A stretch of 33,678 nt of DNA from Octopus bimaculoides. Lineage: Eukaryota. Shown one piece after another: positions 23,386 to 33,678 of this stretch. The DNA lies in contig NC_068991.1 in assembly GCF_001194135.2 (NCBI RefSeq), positions 68,695,965-68,729,642 of the forward strand, written 5' to 3'. Made by a program: the position numbers and the translations under genes. Position 1 is the stretch's first letter. Every line of letters starts with the position of its first letter. Below the pieces are notes generated by a model. It was not told the origin of the DNA and did no database searches. It worked only from the letters and a program-made list of their open reading frames with translations.

Positions 23386-23758
23386 ACATGTAAAAAAACA
23401 AAGCAAAGGATACATGAATGTCTTTTGTTGACTTATAAACGTCTGTCCGTCTGCCTAATTAATAGCATATTATTAGTACAAAGTATGCCGTGGAATGGTA
23501 AAAAAAAAGAAGAAAGTCTTGGGGATTAATTAAATTGAAGTCAATTGAAGTTTTTTGCATTTTTTAATCCGGTTTAAAGGTAATGCCCTTAAAATAAGGC
23601 AACAACAACAGAGTGACGCAGAAGACACAGTCTCCTTTCACTCCCATTTCAATCTTGTTCGCATCGTCCCTAGCATCTCATGTAATTCTATGTCAAAAGT
23701 CGTTACTAGTAGATTAGACAGTAATGTTGTTGGTTTTGTTTTTGCTATGGTGACGACG

Positions 23759-24134
23759 GGAGGCGCAGTGGCGGATTCACGGTCATAGGATCGCAGTTTC
23801 GATTCCCAGACCGGGCATTGTGAGTGTTTATTGAGCGAAAAACACCTAAAGCTCCACGAGGCTCCGGCAGGGGATGGTGGCGAACCCTGCTGTACTCTTC
23901 TACCACAACTTTCTCTCACTCTTACTTCCTATTTCTGTTGTGCCAGTAATTCAAAGGGGCGAGCCTTGTCACACTGTGTCACGCTGAATATGCCCGAGAA
24001 CTACGTTAAGGGTACACGGTGTCTGTGGAGTGCTCAGCCACTTGCACGTTAATTTCACGAGCAGGCTGTTGCGTTGATCAGATCAACTGGAACCCTCGAC
24101 ATCGTAAGCGACGGAGTGCCAACAACAAAAACAT
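23759..24134 (+). mobile_element. SINE family B with a 17-bp deletion in the head, 13-bp TSD
   Basis: Colinear with 15729-16111. TSD TATGGTGACGACG at 23746-23758 and 24135-24147. Confidence 0.93.
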
Positions 24135-24191
24135 TATGGTGACGACGATTATGAGGATGGCGGTGTCGGTAGTGGTGGTGGTGGTGGTGGT

Positions 24192-24386
24192 GATAATCGT
24201 TTTTACTAAAGGCTCAAGGCCTAACATTTTGTGACAGGTTGCTAGTCGATTATATCGACCTCTGTGGTCGACGGGTACTTATCTCATTGACCCCGAAAAG
24301 ATGAAAGGCAAAGTCAAACCTTGGCGAAATTTGAACTCAGAATCATAAAGACGAACGGAATGCTACTAACGATTCTGCCAGCTCAG
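24192..24386 (-). mobile_element. SINE family A, diverged, tail type 2
   Basis: GACCCCGAAAAGATGAAAGGCAAAGTC, AATTTGAACTCAGAA and CTAACGATTCTGCCAGCTC. Confidence 0.85.
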
Positions 24387-24514
24387 TCTTGGTGGAATTT
24401 GAACCTAGAACATGGGGGTAGTCGTCGGGGTATTTGGGTGGTCGTTAGTATTGTTGCTAACAATAGTGATGTTGTGACTATAGCACTTGTAGTAGTAGTG
24501 ATGATACCCGTATT

Positions 24515-24547
24515 AGCATAGTAATGGTACTACTGCCGTTGGCCTCG

Positions 24548-24578
<31 letters not shown>

Positions 24579-24600
24579 TGTATTTGATGGTGACGATGGC

Positions 24601-24646
<46 letters not shown>

Positions 24647-24965
24647 GTGATGATGATGGTGATGATGACGTTAATGGTGAAGGTTTTTTAAATACTGAGA
24701 AAGCAACCGGAAGCAGGATGTTAAATTGTTTCTTAATAAACATTCTCGGTTCTTCCAGGAAAGATGAATTTACCAAGAGGCTTGCGATGGTGATGATCAT
24801 AGTGAGTGATGATGACGCTAGTAGCAGTAGTAGTGATAGTAGTGGTGGTGATGATGATGATGAAGACGACGACGATGACGATGAACGGGGGTGGTGATGG
24901 TTGTGATAATGAGTAAATTTCGTGATTGTGGTGACGGCGGCGGCGATGAGTAAGTTCATGGCAGC
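24515..24965. repeat. Mixed GCT/GAT/GGT trinucleotide low-complexity tract
   Basis: Direct reading. Confidence 0.85.
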
Positions 24966-25643
24966 CATGATGGTGGCGACTGAAATTATAGCGATAGTGA
25001 TGGGTGATACTATTGTTGATCGTGTTGTTCTTAGTCAAGACATATTGGCGGCGAGGTATTCATGGGTTAGGCTTTATTCTAACTAGCGGCCATTTTCTTT
25101 ATTTCTATGAACAGTTTTTTCAAATTTTTATATATATATATATGTCTTCTAATTACGTTCCAGTTGTTTGCTATCATAATTTAAGCCTATAACAAGATCG
25201 TTTGATGATTAGATATTTTATCATTGTTTATTCATTTGATTTTTGTGTTTATCTCTCTTTTCTGTATTTTTAATTTCTTGCTCACGGAAAAAACGATATA
25301 GCTATATTATATTATATTATATTATATTATATTATATTATATTATATTATATTATATTAGCAAATAGTTTCCAACTAATTATATTGTTTCACTGACTAGG
25401 AACTAATAATAATGATGGCTGGGTGTATATTCTATTACATTCACCTGGAGCTGAAACATTTACATAACATTCAGACAGCTATAAAGTAGAATGATAATGA
25501 TATTTGGTTTTCATGTTAACACTAATTCTTGTTTAATTGCCAAGAAGTGATTTAAAGGATACCGTTTGAGCGTGGCTGTGTTTGTGTAACCATCACAACA
25601 GAACAAATATGTCTCTCTTGTAGGCACGCCTACTTAAAAAAAC

Positions 25644-25685
<42 letters not shown>

Positions 25686-25729
25686 GAAGAAGGAAAGAAA
25701 AAAAGAATCAAGGTTTGTAAGAATTGATA

Positions 25730-25866
25730 AAGAAGACCGCTTTGCGAACAAGTGATTTCGGGTTCAACTTTTCTGCGCGGTACAGGGCAAGTGTCTACGG
25801 CTGCAGTTCGAAACCGACTAAGCCCTTGTGAGTGATTTTCGCAGACAGAATGAGTGAAGAACTGAG
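25730..25866 (+). mobile_element. Degenerate SINE family C 5' half
   Basis: TTCGGGTTCAAC, GGGCAAGTGTCT and CCGACTAAGCCCTTGTGAGTGATTTTCGCAGACAGAA follow the family C order. Confidence 0.65.
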
Positions 25867-26028
25867 GAGGTTCATCGTGTAGGGCTACAGATGTACCAAC
25901 ACACACGAGATTAAAACATAGCCGACCTCACGCACTTCTCATGAGGAATTCGGGAAGAAGCTTCGTGAGACCACTACTGAGACGTTTCCGAAAAAAGAAA
26001 ACCGTTGGAAAACAGTTTATAGCAGAGA

Positions 26029-26080
26029 CTCCATCGAAGAATATCTGAAGAAGGAATTGTATTCCGAAATATCATCGGAC
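26029..26080 (+). ncRNA. Minimal type I hammerhead ribozyme motif with an intact catalytic core
   Basis: CTGAAGA (26045-26051) + A + GGAAT-TGT-ATTCC + GAA + ATAT (palindromic stem III) + C. Predicted cleavage after AUC at 26073. Only 2 bp of stem I (AT/AT) sit next to the core. Confidence 0.65.
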
Positions 26081-26221
26081 TATATATAACTAAATTACAA
26101 CAGGTATATAGTCCATTTTTGTACCATTCAAAACTTTTCATTTTTTACAAACAATACACAATGCTTCAAGCGAACTACAATACTCTCCCATACATATATA
26201 TATAATATATATGTGCGTGTG

Positions 26222-26257
<36 letters not shown>

Positions 26258-26620
26258 CATGCGTGCGTGTATATGTGTGTGTGTGTNNNNNNNNNNNNNN
26301 NNNNNNNNNNNNNNNNNNNNNNNNNNNNNNNNNNNNNNNNNNNNNNNNNNNNNNNNNNNNNNNNNNNNNNNNNNNNNNNNNNNNNNNNNNNNNNNNNNNN
26401 NNNNNNNNNNNNNNNNNNNNNNNNNNNNNNNNNNNNNNNNNNNNNNNNNNNNNNNNNNNNNNNNNNNNNNNNNNNNNNNNNNNNNNNNNNNNNNNNNNNN
26501 NNNNNNNNNNNNNNNNNNNNNNNNNNNNNNNNNNNNNNNNNNNNNNNNNNNNNNNNNNNNNNNNNNNNNNNNNNNNNNNNNNNNNNNNNNNNNNNNNNNN
26601 NNNNNNNNNNNNNNNNNNNN

Positions 26621-27002
26621 CCTCAGCTAGACAACCACTTTTGGTTTGGTTACGTCCCTCTAACATAGAGATTCTGCAAAAGAGAACGGTAGAATAAGTA
26701 CCAGATCAGGCGGCGAGCTGGCAGAATCGTTAGCACGCCGGACGAAATGCTTAGCGGTATTTCGCTAGTCGCTACGTTCCGAGTTCAAATTCCACCGAGG
26801 TCGACTTTGCTTTTCATCCTTTCGGGGTCGATAAATTAAGTACCAGTTACGCACTGTCGATATAATCGACTGACCCCGTCCTCCCAAAATTTCGGGCCTT
26901 GTGTCTAGAGTAGAAAAGAATAAGTACCAGATTTAAAAACAAGTCCTGGATTGGATTTATTTGACTTATCTCTTCAAGGCGTGCCCCAGCATGGCCACAG
27001 TC
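26621..27002 (+). mobile_element. SINE family C 3' half, interrupted by a family A SINE
   Basis: GACAACC...TTACGTCCC...GCAAAAGAGAACGGTAGAATAAGTACC [insert] AAGTCCTGG...CCCCAGCATGGCCACAGTC. Confidence 0.8.
26707..26916 (+). mobile_element. SINE family A, full length, tail type 2, 16-bp TSD
   Basis: AGGCGGCGAGCTGGCAGAATCGTTAGCACG...GAGTTCAAATTCC...GGCCTTGTGTCTAGAGTAGAA. TSD AGAATAAGTACCAGAT at 26691-26706 and 26917-26932. Confidence 0.95.
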
Positions 27003-27004
27003 TA

Positions 27005-27083
<79 letters not shown>

Positions 27084-27150
27084 ATTCAAAGAATGTCTGC
27101 TTTTAGCATACACGGTATTTAATTCACTTTAGAGCGACCCTCCATACATG

Positions 27151-27376
27151 TACGTGGAGGTTTTGAAAAGTTCCCAGCTTTAAATGTATCGCGACAGGCC
27201 TGGCTGGAGTCTCAACCTTTGATTTCTTTTACAGGGCACCGAGAAACTGAAGGACTGCTGCAATTAGTGAGTCTGACTGGGTAATACGTTGACTATGTTG
27301 AATAAAATCATAATTAACTGACCCTCCTCTGTTTTCTTTTATCCAAAGTCAGGAAGTTTTCAGCATTCCCTCTTTA
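27151..27376 (+). mobile_element. Mariner-derived non-autonomous element (MITE-like), ~226 bp
   Basis: Imperfect ~30-bp TIRs (TACGTGGAGGTTTTGAAAAGTTCCCAGCTTT and AAAGTCAGGAAGTTTTCAGCATTCCCTCTTTA). The interior resembles a mariner transposase C-terminus (...KLKDCC...YVE*). Confidence 0.7.
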
Positions 27377-27456
27377 ACATCTATGATAAAGATAAGATAC
27401 TTCGTTCGTGATGGTCATACACCTCTACGAGTTGACACCCACATTCTGTACATGTG

Positions 27457-27488
<32 letters not shown>

Positions 27489-27542
27489 TGTATGTATGCA
27501 TGCATGCATGTATTTATGCATATATATTTATGTATGTCTTTG

Positions 27543-27610
27543 TTCAGTTTTATTTCAAGATTTCTTGTCAATAGAATTGGAATTGCAACATCAACAACAG
27601 GGTATTTTTG
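27543..27610 (-). mobile_element. RLE LINE 3' UTR terminus (internally deleted), within (TATG)n
   Basis: TTCAGTTTTATTTCAAGATTTCT...ATTGGAATTGCAACATCAACAACAGGGTATTTTTG matches 27825-27931 and 1590-1625. Confidence 0.65.
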
Positions 27611-27824
27611 TATGTGTGTATGTATGTATGTATGTATGTGTATATGTATGTATGCATGTATGTATGTATGTACATACGTACGTATGTATGTATGTATGTA
27701 TGTATATATGCATGCATGTATGTATATATGTATGTATGTATTTATGTATATATGTATGTAATGTATATAATGTATGTATGTATGTATGTATGTATGTATG
27801 TATGCACGTACGTATGTATGCCAT

Positions 27825-27931
27825 TATTCAGTTTTATTTCAAGATTTCTCGCCAACAGAGAAAGAACCGGTTTCTAACCCAGATCCAAGGCTCCGTCATT
27901 GGAATTTCAACATCAACAACAGGGTATTTTT
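27825..27931 (-). mobile_element. RLE LINE 3' UTR terminus within (TATG)n
   Basis: CAGAGAAAGAACCGGTTTCTAACCCAGATCCAAGG...TGGAATTTCAACATCAACAACAG matches the UTR of the ORF-bearing copy at 1550-1625. Confidence 0.7.
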
Positions 27932-28259
27932 GTATGTATGTATGTATGTATCTATAAATAAATAGAGAGAGAGAGAGAGAAATCAAAAGAGAGAAAGAGA
28001 GAAAGAAAGAGAAAGAAAGAAAGAAAGAGAAATAGAGAGATGCTAATATTTACATTGGATATTGAACGTATAGCTCGCATACGCTTCAGATCCCCTATCT
28101 ACCAATTCTCTAATATTTTCCGTTAGCCTTTCCAAAATTTGGACTGAAGCCATTTTGAGATGCAACTCGTCGAGAGATTTAGTCGCTCATATTGACACTA
28201 ATACTAATTTTCTCATTGATTATTCTTCTTCATTTAATTATTTGTTGAATTGACAAGTT

Positions 28260-28760
28260 GCGCAATATATGCGTGTGTGCGTGTGTGTGTATGCGTGTAT
28301 ATGTCTTTATGTGTGTGTGGTGTGTATGCGTGTCTGTGTGTGAGTGTATGTATGTGTGTATCAGTGAGTGTGCATCTCTGTTTGTATATATGTATGCTCG
28401 TTACCTCATGTATACGTATATGCATATATATGCATGTATGTACGTATGCGTATGTGTATGTATGTATGCGTGTGTGTATATGTATGTATGCGTATATGTG
28501 TGTATGTATGTATGTCTGTATGTACGTATGTATATGTGTCTGTATGTATGCATGTGTATATGCGTATGTATGTATGCTCATATATGTGTAAGTATGCGTG
28601 TATGTATGCGTGCGTGTATACGTGCGTGTATGTATGCGTATATGTGTGTGTATGTATACGTATATGCATATATATTATGTATATCTGTATGTACGTATGT
28701 GCATGTGTATGTATGTATGTGGGTGTGTATATGCGTGTGTATGTATGCGTATCTATGTAT
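28260..28760. repeat. Degenerate (TG)/(TATG) microsatellite
   Basis: Direct reading. Confidence 0.9.
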
Positions 28761-28952
28761 ATGGATCTACTTTACTCCAAACGACTGCGATACACTTCGA
28801 AACAGGTGTAGCTATTTCAACTTACTCCGTTCATTCACTCAATCACCCGGTAACTTCAAATATATCTCATCCAACGTCCTATGATTTCAGATTATCCCAC
28901 TCAAATCTGTCGCAAAATAATCGTCGCTCTGGTAGCAAATGCAAGAATTACT

Positions 28953-29112
28953 GAGCTGGTAGAATCATTAGGACGCCGGGCAAAATACTTAGCTCTATTT
29001 CGCCCATCTTCACGTTCTGAGTTCAAAATCTGCCGAGCTCGACTTTGCTTTTTATCATTTCAGGTTCGCTGAAATAAGTACCAGCTGTACACTGGGGTCG
29101 ATGTTGTCGATT
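28953..29112 (+). mobile_element. SINE family A, diverged
   Basis: GAGCTGGTAGAATCATTAGGACGCCGGGC, TTCTGAGTTCAAA and AATAAGTACCAGCTGTACACTGGGGTCGATG. Confidence 0.85.
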
Positions 29113-29229
29113 ATATTTTGGGCGATTTTTCTTTCTTTTTTTTTTTTGATTTGATTTGACTTACATTTTCTTTTATCTTTCGCTGTTCTTGCACCCATTT
29201 TCGGTATATCTGTTATTTTGCGATGTTTA

Positions 29230-29553
<324 letters not shown>

Positions 29554-29785
29554 CATCGGTTATTATAAATAAAGTGAGCTGGTAGCATGGCGAACATGCT
29601 GGGCAAAATAGCAGTATCTTGTCCGTCTTGATACTCGGAGTTCAAATTCCTCGCAGGATGATTTAATGCTTCGTGTAATTTGAAATCAAGTTTTTCGCTG
29701 GAGTATTTTGGAAATTGGTTTCAGATTACCGGGAGGTAACTTAAAATGGGGATTGTATATGTATATATAAGGCAATGTTCCATAG

Positions 29786-29925
29786 AGTTTCCGCCTACCA
29801 TGTTCTTTTATAAGCCATTGGTCAAACAAGGCTATATTGGCAGGCACTTACCCGAGGTTTCACACAGTCGGAGTGAACGCAAAACCTTACGTTACGGAAA
29901 AAATTTCCTCTTTCATCATACCACC
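29786..29925 (-). mobile_element. Degenerate SINE family C 5' half
   Basis: Minus strand GTTCACTCCGACTGTGTGAAACCTCGGGTAAGTG...ATAGCC...GACCAA...TGGTAGGCGGAAAC. Confidence 0.55.
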
Positions 29926-30494
29926 ATACAGTTATGTCTATATGCAATGAATTGAATGTCACTTGATTAAAAATAGAAAAGTGAAAAATAGAAAAACAAG
30001 CGGCAATTTTTATTGCTCTGTCAGAATAAAGAAGGGGATAATTTCTAGAAATATAACACTAAATTATAAAACGATACAATTTCCAATTTCCAGAAATAAT
30101 TGTATCATAGATGCTTTTATTCATTTGACGGTGTCAGGTAACACGAAATCATGTCCGTAAAATGTCGTTCTATATTGGAAAAAAGAGCAGATTTTCCTCG
30201 AAGCATGAAAATACTTATTTTTCTGAGAATATATTTCTGAAATTCTTTAAAATAATCATCACATTTCATTTCAGTGACTGTAATTACAAACGATTACTAC
30301 CAGGACTTTGCTTTCTCCAATTAAGAGGCAAATCACAATTCGTTTTTCAGTCCATCATCACCTACGCGAACAACCTAAATTTCCACTCTAATTATTTACG
30401 TTTGTGACTACACGCATACATATGTGCATCCGTATATCTATATCTTAATCTATCTGCTTATCTGTCTGTCTGTCTCTCTCTCTTTCTCTCTCCC

Positions 30495-30540
<46 letters not shown>

Positions 30541-30542
<2 letters not shown>

Positions 30543-30756
30543 CTTTATTGCCCATAAGGGGCTAAACATAGAGGGGACAAACAAGGACAGACAAAGGGAT
30601 TACGTCAATTTTATCGACCCCAGTGCGTAACTGGTACTTAATTTATCGACCCCGAAAGGATGAAAGGCAAAGTCGACCTTGGCGGAATTTGAACTCAGAA
30701 CGTAATACCGCTAAACATTTCCCCCGGCATGCTTATGTTACTGCCAGCTCGCCGCC
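30541..30756 (-). mobile_element. SINE family A, full length, tail type 1, adjacent to (TATC)n
   Basis: Head GGCGGCGAGCTGGCAG; tail ...TTTGTCTGTCCTTGTTTGTCCCCTCTATGTTTAGCCCCTTATGGGCAATAAAGAA. Confidence 0.92.
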
Positions 30757-30790
30757 TATCTTATACGCACACATATACATACCGATGAAT

Positions 30791-31800
30791 GCGTGACTTT
30801 ATGGTAAGAAGCTTGCTTCCCAGCCACTTCGTTNNNNNNNNNNNNNNNNNNNNNNNNNNNNNNNNNNNNNNNNNNNNNNNNNNNNNNNNNNNNNNNNNNN
30901 NNNNNNNNNNNNNNNNNNNNNNNNNNNNNNNNNNNNNNNNNNNNNNNNNNNNNNNNNNNNNNNNNNNNNNNNNNNNNNNNNNNNNNNNNNNNNNNNNNNN
31001 NNNNNNNNNNNNNNNNNNNNNNNNNNNNNNNNNNNNNNNNNNNNNNNNNNNNNNNNNNNNNNNNNNNNNNNNNNNNNNNNNNNNNNNNNNNNNNNNNNNN
31101 NNNNNNNNNNNNNNNNNNNNNNNNNNNNNNNNNNNNNNNNNNNNNNNNNNNNNNNNNNNNNNNNNNNNNNNNNNNNNNNNNNNNNNNNNNNNNNNNNNNN
31201 NNNNNNNNNNNNNNNNNNNNNNNNNNNNNNNNNNNNNNNNNNNNNNNNNNNNNNNNNNNNNNNNNNNNNNNNNNNNNNNNNNNNNNNNNNNNNNNNNNNN
31301 NNNNNNNNNNNNNNNNNNNNNNNNNNNNNNNNNNNNNNNNNNNNNNNNNNNNNNNNNNNNNNNNNNNNNNNNNNNNNNNNNNNNNNNNNNNNNNNNNNNN
31401 NNNNNNNNNNNNNNNNNNNNNNNNNNNNNNNNNNNNNNNNNNNNNNNNNNNNNNNNNNNNNNNNNNNNNNNNNNNNNNNNNNNNNNNNNNNNNNNNNNNN
31501 NNNNNNNNNNNNNNNNNNNNNNNNNNNNNNNNNNNNNNNNNNNNNNNNNNNNNNNNNNNNATATATATATATATATATACACGTGTGTGTCTGTGTCTGT
31601 GTCTGTTCTTGTGTCCTTGTGTTCAACAGATGTTGGTGGGGTTACGTTGCCATAGCTTACCGGTTCGGCAAAATAGACGATAGAATAAGTACTACGATTT
31701 AAAAAGAAAACCCGGGCTCGATTTGTTCGGCTAAAATTCTTCGAGACGGAGCCCAAGCATAGCCACTGTCAAATCACTGAAACAAGCAAAAGATAAAAAA
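30791..31800 (+). mobile_element. SINE family C, probably one copy spanning the gap at 30834-31560
   Basis: Head TGGTAAGAAGCTTGCTTCCCAGCCAC lies before the gap. (AT)n and the 3' half (CGGTTCGGCAAAATAGACGATAGAATAAGTACT...TCAAATCACTGAAACAAG) lie after it. Confidence 0.7.
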
Positions 31801-32084
31801 ATACACACGCATACACACGAGATTATATTTTTTTATATACATTGTATATAACAGCCAATTCATGTTACCGAGTAGTTTCGTGCTAATAATAAACGCTTCC
31901 AACCAGTACATGAGCTTCGGAGTCATTGTAAAAATCTGGAATGGCATTCATGATGAAATAACACTGGAAAAAATTAGCAAGAGAGACATTTTCAACGTTG
32001 GCTCTTAAGGCTGTCAGAGTTATATCCCTTCGTCTGGTTTCTTTTTAGCTTGTGTCTGGCATACCAGTATTCAAAGAGATAGAC

Positions 32085-33135
<1,051 letters not shown>

Positions 33136-33569
33136 TATGTAATATGAATAGAACACAGGAACAGGAAAGAAGCGAGGTGATAGAATTGATGTTTATTCCA
33201 TTCGTTTACAGCTGTTTCATAATCTTGTTAGTTACATAATAGGTTTCACGTCAACATTCGCTCATTTATAAGATATACATATATAAGTGCGTGTGCACAG
33301 CCACATATATACAAATGTGCTGAGAAGTAAACTAAGAAGGTAATCTTCCGTACAGTTCATGGTAGTCCAAAACATTAACCCTGCCATAGAGAGCCAGCTC
33401 ACCCAATATATATATATATATCCACGGGAAAAGAGGTACTCAGTAGATTACCATTTATGATTTACTTTAAGAGAGCAAGAATCATACATCAATGCAAATA
33501 CAGAGAAAGAAGCGGTAAATAAATACGATAAAGTATAATATCAAAAGATAAAAAGCAAGACAAAAATTC

Positions 33570-33678
33570 AAGAAGCTTGCTTCCCAAGATCATGGTTGTG
33601 TGTTCAGTCCCATTGCTTGCTACCTTGGGCAAGTGTCTTCTACTCGGGCCGATCAAGCCTTGTGAGTGGATTTGGTAG
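33570..33678 (+). mobile_element. SINE family C 5' part, cut by the window end
   Basis: AAGAAGCTTGCTTCCC...GTTCAGTCCC...ACCTTGGGCAAGTGTCTTCTACT...GCCTTGTGAGTGGATTTGGTAG. Confidence 0.85.

Noticed and set aside
25975-25995. GAAACGTC on the minus strand near the hammerhead
   Set aside because: No upstream CUGANGA box or stem II on that strand.

Overview
This is a repeat-saturated eukaryotic intronic or intergenic window with 10 assembly gaps. I found no host protein-coding exon, tRNA, rRNA or CRISPR array that I can support. The repeat repertoire suggests an Octopus (cephalopod) draft scaffold; this is an inference from family resemblance, not a database result. Contents: three tRNA-headed SINE families (labelled A, B and C here; about 25 copies or fragments, several with TSDs and nested); pseudogenised R4/Dong-type RLE LINE pieces (RT and C-terminal endonuclease); an RTE-type LINE relic; a DD34E Tc1 transposase relic; a mariner-derived MITE; and dense microsatellites. 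Nearly all listed ORFs are microsatellite or N artefacts. Most notable: (i) four hammerhead-ribozyme-like motifs in unrelated sequence contexts, of the minimal type known from Penelope-like elements and retrozymes, one with an intact catalytic core (26045-26073) and one inside a ~432-bp tandem unit; (ii) an RLE LINE family repeatedly joined to (CATA)n microsatellites, plus Dong and SINE copies stacked in (AAT)n/(TTA)n tracts.
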